Assembly (NCBI GenBank): GCA_045636425.1
Contig: JAZTXM010000003.1
Coordinates: forward strand, 4,903-68,902
Direction: 5' to 3'
Source: Clostridia bacterium
GTDB lineage: Bacteria; Bacillota; Clostridia; UMGS1883
Length of the DNA: 64,000 bases
Positions 1 through 9,000 of the stretch are shown here, in pieces. How positions within the stretch are numbered: position 1 is the first letter of the stretch; each line of letters begins with the position of its first letter. Below the pieces are notes generated by a model. The model made no database searches. It saw only the letters and a program-made list of their open reading frames with translations, and was not told where the DNA came from. The position numbers and the translations under genes were made by a program.

Positions 1-429
1 GCTCCCCGTCAGTATGCACTGACGCAGACTCATAAGCACCTTCCCGAGATGACAAAAATAACAGGACTTGAAAACGCTCCCGTATTTTGCCCCATTGTTT
101 CCGATTATTATAGCGGAATGGTTGTAACAGTGCCGATTTTCAAAAGCCAGCTTAATGATGGCTTTACGGCAGAGGACATTAAAAATGCCTATAAAGAAAA
201 GTATACCGGCGGAATTGTTACATACAATGATTCGATTTCCGAATCAGGGCTTATCAGTGCCAATGCACTTTCCTTCAATGATTCCATGCAGATAACAGTT
301 GAGGGAAATGATGAAAGAATTCTTCTTATTGCAAGGTACGATAATTTAGGTAAGGGTGCCTCAGGTGCCGCACTTGAATGTATGAATATTTCAATGGGGG
401 CTTCTCCCGCTGAAATGCTGGATATATGA
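1..429 (+). CDS. argC: N-acetyl-gamma-glutamyl-phosphate reductase, C-terminal part (5' end outside window)
   Basis: Frame 1 is open from base 1 to TGA 427-429. The C-terminal ...ARYDNLGKGASGAALECMNI... is ArgC-like. It is the first gene of an arg cluster. Confidence 0.85.
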   Translation, partial: APRQYALTQTHKHLPEMTKITGLENAPVFCPIVSDYYSGMVVTVPIFKSQLNDGFTAEDIKNAYKEKYTGGIVTYNDSISESGLISANALSFNDSMQITVEGNDERILLIARYDNLGKGASGAALECMNISMGASPAEMLDI

Positions 430-1667
430 AAGGAATGATACATATGTTTAAAATCATAGAGGGCGGCATTTGTGCTCCCAAGGGATTTTCCGCCAACGGT
501 ATTCATTGCGGAATCCGCAAAAACCGCACCAAGCGTGACATTGCACTTATTGTAAGTGATGTTCCTGCGGCAGCTGCGGCAACATATACAACAAATCTCG
601 TAAAGGGTGCTCCCCTTACCGTTACAAAGGACAATATCAAAAACGGTTACGCACAGGCTGTTATCTGTAACAGCGGTAATGCAAACACCTGCAATGCAGA
701 CGGCATTGAAATAGCACTGAAAATGTGCGGTCTTGTTGAAAAACATACCGATGTTAAGGCGGAGGATGTTATTGTAGCGTCAACAGGCGTTATCGGTCAG
801 CCTCTTGACATTACCCCCATATCGGACGGAATGGAGGAGCTTGTAAAGGGTCTTGGTAAAGATGCCGAGCATGCAAATTACACCTCCGAGGCAATTCTTA
901 CAACTGACCTTGTAAAAAAAGAGATTGCCGTAAGCTTCACCCTGGGCGGTAAGGAATGCACCATTGCAGGTATTGCAAAGGGAAGCGGTATGATCCATCC
1001 CAACATGGCCACCATGCTTGTGTTTATTACAACCGATGCCGCCATTTCTCCCAAAATGCTTCAGAGAGCGTTATCGGCAGATATAAAGAAAACCTTTAAT
1101 ATGATAAGCGTTGACGGCGATACATCAACAAATGATATGGTATCGGTTATGGCAAACGGCCTTGCGGGAAATGCTTTAATCGAAGAAGAAAACGAAGACT
1201 TTGAAACCTTTGCAAAAGCACTTAACACTGTTACAATCTACCTTTGCAAAATGATTGCAGGTGACGGTGAGGGTGCAACAAAGATGCTTGAATGCTCTGT
1301 TTCCGGTGCTAAGGATGAAAAATGTGCAAAGACAGTGGCAAAATCCGTTATCTGTTCATCGCTTCTTAAAGCGGCAATGTTCGGTGCCGACGCCAACTGG
1401 GGCAGGGTGCTTTGTGCAATAGGCTACAGCGGTGCAAACGTGGATGTAGATAAGATTGATGTGTCCTTTGCTTCAAAGGAAGGCACAATCAAGGTTTGCG
1501 AAAACGGAGCAGGCGTGAATTTTTCTGAAGAAATTGCAAAGAAAATATTGCTTGAAAAGGAAATTAATATTATAATAGATCTTAAAGACGGTGACGCACA
1601 GGCTACCGCATGGGGCTGTGACCTTACTTACGATTATGTAAAGATCAACGGCGATTATCGTACTTGA
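426..1667 (+). CDS. argJ: bifunctional ornithine acetyltransferase / N-acetylglutamate synthase
   Basis: KGSGMIHPNMATMLVFITTDA carries the ArgJ autoprocessing ATML site. ATGA overlap with argC. The alternative start ATG 444 has AAAGGAA 8 nt upstream. Confidence 0.9.
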   Translation: MKGMIHMFKIIEGGICAPKGFSANGIHCGIRKNRTKRDIALIVSDVPAAAAATYTTNLVKGAPLTVTKDNIKNGYAQAVICNSGNANTCNADGIEIALKMCGLVEKHTDVKAEDVIVASTGVIGQPLDITPISDGMEELVKGLGKDAEHANYTSEAILTTDLVKKEIAVSFTLGGKECTIAGIAKGSGMIHPNMATMLVFITTDAAISPKMLQRALSADIKKTFNMISVDGDTSTNDMVSVMANGLAGNALIEEENEDFETFAKALNTVTIYLCKMIAGDGEGATKMLECSVSGAKDEKCAKTVAKSVICSSLLKAAMFGADANWGRVLCAIGYSGANVDVDKIDVSFASKEGTIKVCENGAGVNFSEEIAKKILLEKEINIIIDLKDGDAQATAWGCDLTYDYVKINGDYRT

Positions 1668-1670
1668 TAC

Positions 1671-1902
1671 GGGATGTTAAAAATGCCCAGACCACAAAGG
1701 ACAGAATAAATTTGTGTTTACACTTTGAATAAAACGCTCAACAGCACTGTATTTCTCGTTTAGTGTAGAAATTCGCCGGACGAATTTCGGATTATATGTC
1801 CTTTGTTACGAACAAACTTCACCTCTCGCTGTATATCAATACAGCTTCGGGCAAGCCCCTCCGGGGTTCAGTTTGTCCGTTCTGAACATTTTTTCCTATC
1901 CC
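1671..1902 (+). repeat. structured interspersed element, copy 1 (unclassified family)
   Basis: Terminal arms GGGATGTTAAAAATGCCCAGACC / GTTCTGAACATTTTTTCCTATCCC. 10-bp inner helix 1694-1703/1798-1807. Conserved 3' three-way domain. Begins 3 nt after the argJ stop. Confidence 0.85.
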
Positions 1903-1956
1903 TAAACTACTCTGTTTTAACAGTTTTATTAATTATTCATTCCGGAGGAAACTACT

Positions 1957-2811
1957 ATGACTAACGCACAGCGCGCAGAAGTACTTACCCAGGCACTTCC
2001 TTATATACAAAAATACAACAACAAAATAATCGTTGTGAAATACGGCGGAAACGCTATGATTAACGATGAGCTTAAGGATGCCGTAATGGGTGACATTGTT
2101 CTTTTGTCCCTTATCGGTATTAAGGTTGTTCTCGTTCATGGAGGCGGTCCCGAAATCACACAGATGCTTAAGCAGGTTGGGAAGGAATCCCAGTTTGTTA
2201 ACGGCCTTCGTGTAACAGATAAGGAAACCGTGGATATTGTGCAAATGGTGCTTGCGGGAAAGGTTAATAAAAACCTTGTAAATCTTCTCCACCATAAGGG
2301 TGGCAATGCTATCGGTCTTTGCGGCATTGACGGTCATATGATTGAGGCAGAGGTTCTTAACCCTGAGCTTGGCTATGTCGGAGAAATCACCAAGGTGAAC
2401 GTACAGCCCATCACCGACCTTCTCGAAAAGGGCTACATACCTGTTATTTCCACCGTTGGTTGTGATAAGGATGGCAATGTGTATAACATCAACGCTGATA
2501 CTGCCGCATCCAAAATAGCAGGTATCTTAGGTGCTGAAAGCCTTATTTCCATGACAGACATCGAGGGTATTCTTCGTGATAAGGATGACCCCTCTACTCT
2601 CATTTCCAAAATTTGCGTGGAAGATGCCCCCAAGCTTGTCGAGGAAGGCGTTATCTCAGGCGGCATGATTCCCAAAGTGGAATGTTGTATTGACGCTATC
2701 AAAAGTGGCGTGAGAAAGGTATTTATAATTGACGGCAGAATCCCCCACTCCATACTTATCGAAACCTTGACCAATGAAGGTATCGGTACTATGTTTGTTC
2801 GCGGAGAATAA
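1957..2811 (+). CDS. argB: acetylglutamate kinase
   Basis: 284 aa with IVVKYGGNAM and VLVHGGGPEI amino-acid kinase motifs. GGAGG SD upstream. Arg cluster context. Confidence 0.92.
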   Translation: MTNAQRAEVLTQALPYIQKYNNKIIVVKYGGNAMINDELKDAVMGDIVLLSLIGIKVVLVHGGGPEITQMLKQVGKESQFVNGLRVTDKETVDIVQMVLAGKVNKNLVNLLHHKGGNAIGLCGIDGHMIEAEVLNPELGYVGEITKVNVQPITDLLEKGYIPVISTVGCDKDGNVYNINADTAASKIAGILGAESLISMTDIEGILRDKDDPSTLISKICVEDAPKLVEEGVISGGMIPKVECCIDAIKSGVRKVFIIDGRIPHSILIETLTNEGIGTMFVRGE

Positions 2812-2875
2812 ATGTTTTTACGGTGCGTAGCAAAAGTCTATGCACCGTAATTTGGGATATAAAAGGAGTTAAATC

Positions 2876-4036
2876 ATGAACACATTTGAGAAAGACAAAC
2901 AGTTTGTCGCACCCACATATGGGCGTTTTCCTGTAGAAATTGTCGGTGGAAAGGGTGCTGTTTTAAAGGGTAGCGACGGAAAAGAATATATAGATTTGGG
3001 AAGCGGAATCGCAGTAAACACCTTCGGTTTTCGTGATGATGAATGGGTTAACGCAGTGAAAGCACAGCTTGACTCTTTTGCACACACTTCAAATCTTTAC
3101 TATACCTCCCCCTGTGCTGACCTTGCAAAGATGCTTTGCGAGAAAACTGGAATGAAGAATGTTTTCTATTCAAACTCAGGTGCGGAAGCAAATGAATGTG
3201 CAATCAAAGCCGCTCGCCGCTACGGCTCACTAAATAAGGGCGAGGATTATTATACAATCATTACACTGGAAAAAAGCTTCCACGGCAGAACTCACACAAC
3301 ACTTGCGGCAACAGGTCAGGAAAGCTTTCATAAAGACTTTCTCCCCCTTACCCCCGGTTTTGTGCATACTCCCCCGAATGATACAGAATCTCTTAGAAAA
3401 GCCGTGAAAGATAACAAGTGCTGTGCGATAATGATGGAAATTGTTCAGGGCGAGGGCGGTGTATGTGCCCTTGAAAAGGAATTTATTCTTGAAGCCGAGA
3501 AGCTTTGCCGTGAAAATGACCTTGTACTTATTATAGATGAGGTACAGGCAGGAAACGGCAGAACGGGTAAGCTTTACGCATATATGCACTACGGCATTAC
3601 TCCCGATGTAGTAACCACTGCAAAGGGACTGGGAGGCGGACTTCCCATCGGTGTAACAATGCTCGGAGAAAAGGTAAAGGATATTTTTGCTCCGGGGCTT
3701 AACGGCTCCACTTTTGGAGGAAACCCCGTTTGCTGCAGCGGTGCAATCAGTATTCTCTCAAGACTTACAGATGAGTTTTTGGAGGGAGTAACAGAAAAAG
3801 CTGAAATAATAAGAGAAACCTTAAGCGGAGCCGAAGGAATCGAAGATATTTCGGGACTTGGTCTTATGATAGGTATTAAAACAGTGAAAGAAGCAAAGGA
3901 AGTAGTAAATAAGTGCATCGAAAATGGCGTGCTTGTTCTTACCGCAAAGGATAAGGTAAGGCTTCTTCCCCCGCTTAATATAGATAATAATCTGCTTAGA
4001 AAAGCACTTGAAGTAATTAAGGAGGCATGTAAATAA
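2876..4036 (+). CDS. argD: acetylornithine aminotransferase
   Basis: 386 aa class-III aminotransferase with DEVQAGNGRTG and the PLP lysine in TTAKGLGGG. AAGGAG SD. Confidence 0.9.
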   Translation: MNTFEKDKQFVAPTYGRFPVEIVGGKGAVLKGSDGKEYIDLGSGIAVNTFGFRDDEWVNAVKAQLDSFAHTSNLYYTSPCADLAKMLCEKTGMKNVFYSNSGAEANECAIKAARRYGSLNKGEDYYTIITLEKSFHGRTHTTLAATGQESFHKDFLPLTPGFVHTPPNDTESLRKAVKDNKCCAIMMEIVQGEGGVCALEKEFILEAEKLCRENDLVLIIDEVQAGNGRTGKLYAYMHYGITPDVVTTAKGLGGGLPIGVTMLGEKVKDIFAPGLNGSTFGGNPVCCSGAISILSRLTDEFLEGVTEKAEIIRETLSGAEGIEDISGLGLMIGIKTVKEAKEVVNKCIENGVLVLTAKDKVRLLPPLNIDNNLLRKALEVIKEACK

Positions 4037-4938
4037 TGAAGCATTTATTAAAGCTGGGCGATCTTACAAAGGAAGAGATTGTAGAAATTCTCGACCTTGC
4101 GGATAAGCTTAAATATGAAAAAAGAAACGGAATTGAGCATCACTTGCTCAAGGGAAAGACACTGGGAATGATTTTCCAGAAGTCCTCCACCAGAACAAGA
4201 GTTTCCTTTGAGGTTGGTATGTTTGACCTTGGCGGAAGTGCACTTTTCCTCAGCCCCAGAGATTTGCAGATTGGCAGAGGTGAGGTTGTAGAGGATACTG
4301 CAAGAGTTCTTTCCAGATTCTTAGACGGAATTATGATCCGCACCTTTGAACAAAAAGAGGTTGAAGATTTTGCCTCCTACGGTGATATTCCGATTATTAA
4401 CGGACTTACAGACTACTGCCATCCCTGTCAGGTATTGGCTGACCTTATGACAATCCGTGAAAAGAAAGGAAATCTTGAAGGTCTTAAAATGTGCTTTGTT
4501 GGCGACGGTAATAATATGGCAAACTCCATTATCGTGGGATGCATCAAGATGGGTATGGAGGTTTCCATAGCTTGTCCCAAAGGTTATGAGCCTGACAGCG
4601 ATATTATGAAGTGGGCAAACGAAACAGGAAAGTTTACTTGCACAGAAGATGTAATGGAAGCGGCAAAGGGTGCAGATGCTCTCTATACAGACGTATGGGC
4701 TTCTATGGGACAGGAAGAAGAATTTAACGAAAGAGCAAAGGTATTCAAAAATTACCAGATTAATTCCGAGCTTATGAAGGTTGCAAATGAAGGTGCGATG
4801 GTGCTTCATTGTCTGCCTGCACACCGAGGCGAAGAAATCACGGCGGAGGTAATTGAACAGCATGCCGATGAAATTTTTGAAGAAGCCGAAAACAGACTTC
4901 ACGCACAGAAGGCTGTTATGGTTAAATTAATGGCATAA
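4036..4938 (+). CDS. argF: ornithine carbamoyltransferase
   Basis: 300 aa with the STRTRVSFE, HPCQ, SMG and HCLPAHRGEE motifs. TAATG junction with argD. Confidence 0.92.
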   Translation: MKHLLKLGDLTKEEIVEILDLADKLKYEKRNGIEHHLLKGKTLGMIFQKSSTRTRVSFEVGMFDLGGSALFLSPRDLQIGRGEVVEDTARVLSRFLDGIMIRTFEQKEVEDFASYGDIPIINGLTDYCHPCQVLADLMTIREKKGNLEGLKMCFVGDGNNMANSIIVGCIKMGMEVSIACPKGYEPDSDIMKWANETGKFTCTEDVMEAAKGADALYTDVWASMGQEEEFNERAKVFKNYQINSELMKVANEGAMVLHCLPAHRGEEITAEVIEQHADEIFEEAENRLHAQKAVMVKLMA

Positions 4939-4986
4939 TTCGTATTCACATTTCTTATATACTATAATTCAGAAAGGCATGGTTTT

Positions 4987-6039
4987 ATGAAAGCATATTT
5001 GACTTTGGAAAACGGAAAGGTTTTCTCGGGAGAAGCATTCGGTGCAATATGCGACGAGGTTGGAGAAATAGTATTTTCCACTTCTATGGGCAGTTACATT
5101 GAAGCACTTACAGACCCCTGCTATTACGGACAGATTCTTGTCCAGACATATCCGCTTATCGGTAACTACGGTATGATTTACTCCGATATGGAAAGCAGCA
5201 AGATTCACGCAAAGGGTTACATTGTGCGAGAAATTTGCGATACACCTTCAAACTTCCGCTCGGAGGGACTCTTGGAAGATTTCCTCAAAGAGCAGGGTGT
5301 TATGGGTATTTCGGGAATTGATACACGTGAAATCACAAAAATCATTCGCGAAGAAGGCACTATGACAGCACGCATCTCAACTAAAGAGCCTTCAGGCGAA
5401 AAGCCCCAGATGCCCGACATTAAAAACGCGGTTAAAGAAGTCAGTGCAAAGGAAAAACACACTGTAGGCGATGCAGATGTGAAAATTGCACTTCTCGACC
5501 TGGGAACAACTAAAAGTGCCGTTAAAACACTCGCAAATAAAGGTGCTATGGTAACAGTTCTTCCCTGTGACACAAAAGCGGACGAGTTTCTTTCCTACGA
5601 TGCGATTTATCTTTCCGATGGTCCGGGAAACCCCGAGGACTATAGTGAAATCGTAGAAGTAATAAAAGAAGTATTCGGCAAAAAGCCTATTTTTGCCACG
5701 GGACTTGGTCATCAGCTTCTTGCTATGGCAAACGGTGCAAAAATTCACAAGCTTCCTTATGGTCACCGCGGTGCAAATCAGCCTGTTAAGCAGCTTGAAA
5801 GCGGCAGAGTTTATATCACTGCACAAAACCACAGCTATGCAGTAGTTTCCGATACTCTCCCCTCTTACGCACAGGTAACTTATGAAAACCTTAACGACAA
5901 GAGCTGTGAGGGTATTGAGTACAAAGACAAAAATGCTGTTTCAATTCAATTCCGTCCCATAGAGGGAGACGGTCCTAACGAAACAGACTTCTTATACAGA
6001 AAATTCTTTGAAATGATTGGAGGAAGCAAGAATGCCTAA
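4987..6039 (+). CDS. carA: carbamoyl-phosphate synthase small-subunit homolog lacking the glutaminase catalytic triad
   Basis: 350 aa. The CarA N-domain (LTDPCYYGQILVQTYPLIGNYG) and GATase fold are retained. The nucleophile motif reads FATGLGHQ instead of FGICLGHQ, and HPE reads RPI. Overlaps carB by 8 nt. Confidence 0.85.
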   Translation: MKAYLTLENGKVFSGEAFGAICDEVGEIVFSTSMGSYIEALTDPCYYGQILVQTYPLIGNYGMIYSDMESSKIHAKGYIVREICDTPSNFRSEGLLEDFLKEQGVMGISGIDTREITKIIREEGTMTARISTKEPSGEKPQMPDIKNAVKEVSAKEKHTVGDADVKIALLDLGTTKSAVKTLANKGAMVTVLPCDTKADEFLSYDAIYLSDGPGNPEDYSEIVEVIKEVFGKKPIFATGLGHQLLAMANGAKIHKLPYGHRGANQPVKQLESGRVYITAQNHSYAVVSDTLPSYAQVTYENLNDKSCEGIEYKDKNAVSIQFRPIEGDGPNETDFLYRKFFEMIGGSKNA

Positions 6040-9000
6040 GAATAAAGACATCAAAAAGGTACTGGTAATCGGCTCGGGTCCTATTGTAATCGGGCAGGCT
6101 GCCGAATTTGACTATGCAGGTGCACAGGCTTGCCGAGTACTCCGCGATGAGGGCGTAAATATCGTCCTTGTAAACTCCAACCCCGCTACAATTATGACAG
6201 ATAAGGCTCTTGCAGATGAAATTTATCTTGAACCTCTTACAACAGATACAATCAAGAGAATCATTGAAAAGGAAAAGCCCGACAGTCTTCTTGCATCGCT
6301 TGGCGGACAGACAGGTCTTACCATTGCAATGCAGCTTGATAAGGAAGGCTATCTTGACAAAATGGGCGTTAAGCTTATCGGCACAAATGCCGAAGCTATC
6401 GACCGTGCAGAGGATAGAGAGCTTTTCAAGGAAACGATGCTCAAAATCGGGCAGGGTTGTATCCCCTCCGACATCGCTACAACAGTTGACGAATGTCTTA
6501 GCATTGCAGAAAAAATTGGCTACCCCGTAATTGTACGCCCTGCATTCACCCTTGGCGGTGCAGGTGGCGGCGTTGCGTATGACGCTGATACTCTTGCAAA
6601 GATTGCAAATAATGGTCTTACTCTTTCCCCCATTACTCAGGTGCTTATTGAAAAGTACATCTACGGATGGAAAGAAGTAGAATTTGAAGTTATGCGTGAC
6701 CACGCCGGTAACGCTATTACAATCTGTAGCATGGAAAATGTGGATCCCGTTGGCATCCACACCGGTGACAGTATAGTTGTTGCTCCCGCGGCAACTCTTT
6801 CCGATAAAGAATATTCAATGCTCAGAAAAGCGGCTCTTGATATTATCACAGAGCTTAAGATTGAGGGCGGATGTAACTGTCAGTTTGCACTTAATCCCGA
6901 CAGCTTTGAGTATGCGGTAATCGAGGTTAACCCCAGAGTTTCCCGTTCTTCCGCACTTGCAAGTAAGGCTACGGGTTACCCCATTGCAAAGGTTACCACA
7001 AAGATTGCCCTCGGCTATACGCTTGATGAAATCAAAAATGATGTTACTGGTGTAACATATGCTTGCTTTGAGCCTGCGGTTGACTACATGGTAGTTAAAT
7101 TCCCCAAATGGCCCTTTGACAAATTCGTATATGCCGACAGAAAGCTCGGCACACAGATGAAGGCTACGGGCGAGGTTATGTCTATCGGCAATTCCTTTGA
7201 ATCGGCACTTATGAAGGCGGTAAGAGGTGCAGAGCTTAAGACCGAAACTCTCCGCCATAAGGAAGTTCAAGCTATCGAGGATATTGAAAAGAAGCTTTAT
7301 GACCTTGACGACCTTAGAATTTTCACAGTTTATGAAGCTCTTGTAAGAGGAATTACTGTAGACAGAATCAACGAAATCACAAGAATTGATAAATGGTTCC
7401 TTTCCAAGATTAAAAATATTGTGGACTATGAAAAGAGCATTGTGGGCAATCTTACTCCCGAGCTTTACGAAAAAGGTAAGAAGCTTGGCTTTACCGATAA
7501 GATTCTGGAAGAAATCAGCGGTGAAAAAGTTCCCTGCCATAAAAATTGCGTTTACAAAATGGTTGATACCTGTGGCGGCGAATTTGCAGCTAAAACTCCC
7601 TACTTCTACTCCACTTATGACAATGAGTGCGAAGCAAGGGCCGTTGCTACAAACAACAAAAAGGTAATCGTTCTCGGCTCCGGTCCTATCAGAATCGGTC
7701 AGGGTATCGAATTTGACTACTCCTCCGTTCACTGTGTATGGGCACTTAAGGAAATGGGCTACGAGGTAATTATTATTAATAACAACCCCGAAACCGTTTC
7801 CACCGACTTTGATACAGCGGACAGGCTTTATTTTGAGCCTCTTACTCCCGAAGATGTAATGAACGTAATCGAGGTTGAAAAGCCCGAGGGCGTTGTGGTT
7901 GCATTCGGCGGTCAGACTGCAATCAAGCTGGTTAAATTCCTTGACGAAAGCGGAATTAAAATCTTAGGTACTTCTGCAAAGAGCATTGATATGGCAGAGG
8001 ATCGTGAGCAGTTTGATGCACTCCTTGAAAAGTTCAACATTAAGCGTCCCAGCGGTCTTACCGTTATGACACGCACTGAAGCACTCGAGGCGGCAGAAAA
8101 GCTTGGCTACCCCGTACTTCTGCGTCCCTCATACGTAATCGGCGGTCAGAATATGACGATTGCTTACAAGGAAGAAGACGTAGAACGCTATATGGATATC
8201 ATTCTTTCTCAGAAGATTGAAAACCCTGTACTTGTGGATAAGTATATGATGGGTAAGGAGCTTGAGGTTGACGTAATCAGCGACGGCAAAGACGTTCTTA
8301 TCCCCGGTATTATGGAGCACGTTGAACGTGCAGGTGTACACAGCGGTGACTCTATCGCAGTATATCCTCCCTTTAACGTGACGGATAAGATGCTTGATAA
8401 GATTGTTGACTGCTCAATAAAGCTTGCTCTTTCCCTTAAGACACAGGGACTTATAAATATTCAGTACCTTGTATATGAAAACGAACTGTATGTAATCGAG
8501 GTTAACCCCAGAGCATCAAGAACAGTTCCCTATATCAGTAAGGTAACGGGCATTCCTATGGTAGACCTTGCTACACAGGTTATGCAGGGTACTCCCCTTC
8601 TTGACCTTGGCTACGGCAGCGGTCTTTACAAGATGCCCCCCTACTATGCAGTTAAGGTTCCTGTGTTCTCATTTGAGAAGCTTTCGGGTATCAACTCTAT
8701 CTTAGGACCTGAAATGAAGTCCACAGGTGAAGTTTTGGGTATTGGTAAAACGCTTAACGAGGCACTTTACAAAGGTCTTGTTTCCGCAGGCTTCAATCTT
8801 GAAAGCCGTGGCGGAGTATATATCAGCGTTGACTCAAAGGATAAGTACGACCTTATTGAGCTTGCAAAGAAGCTTTACGATGCAGGTCTTGAAATCTACG
8901 CAGATGAAATGAATGCTCTCATTATAGATTCATTGGGTATCCCCGTGGAAACAGTTGAGGGAGAAAAGATTTATTCACTCCTTGAAAGCGAAAAGATTGG

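Noticed and set aside
1671-1902. Reading the four-copy elements as integron attC sites. The arguments for this are the position after stop codons, a variable palindromic centre and bottom-strand folding bias.
   Set aside because: No integrase or attI is in the window. The flanking genes are core arg and SEDS genes, not cassettes. The ends do not fit RYYYAAC/GTTRRRY. At 230-255 nt they are much longer than attC sites.
1674-1902. Small peptides encoded in the elements. Candidates are MLKMPRP... on the + strand and MFRTDKLN... on the - strand after AGGA.
   Set aside because: The + strand ORF is a stop after one codon in copy 4. The - strand ORF changes frame and length between copies because the hairpins differ in length, and it has no start in copy 3.
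1671-1902. Retron msr/msd, TnpB/IscB omega RNA or IS110 bridge RNA as explanations for the element.
   Set aside because: No reverse transcriptase, TnpB/IscB or IS110 recombinase gene is adjacent to any copy. I cannot exclude a trans-acting partner elsewhere in the genome.
5975-7732. Minus-strand ORFs of 261 aa (5975-6760) and 305 aa (6815-7732).
   Set aside because: They are antisense shadows inside carA and carB, with no recognisable motifs.
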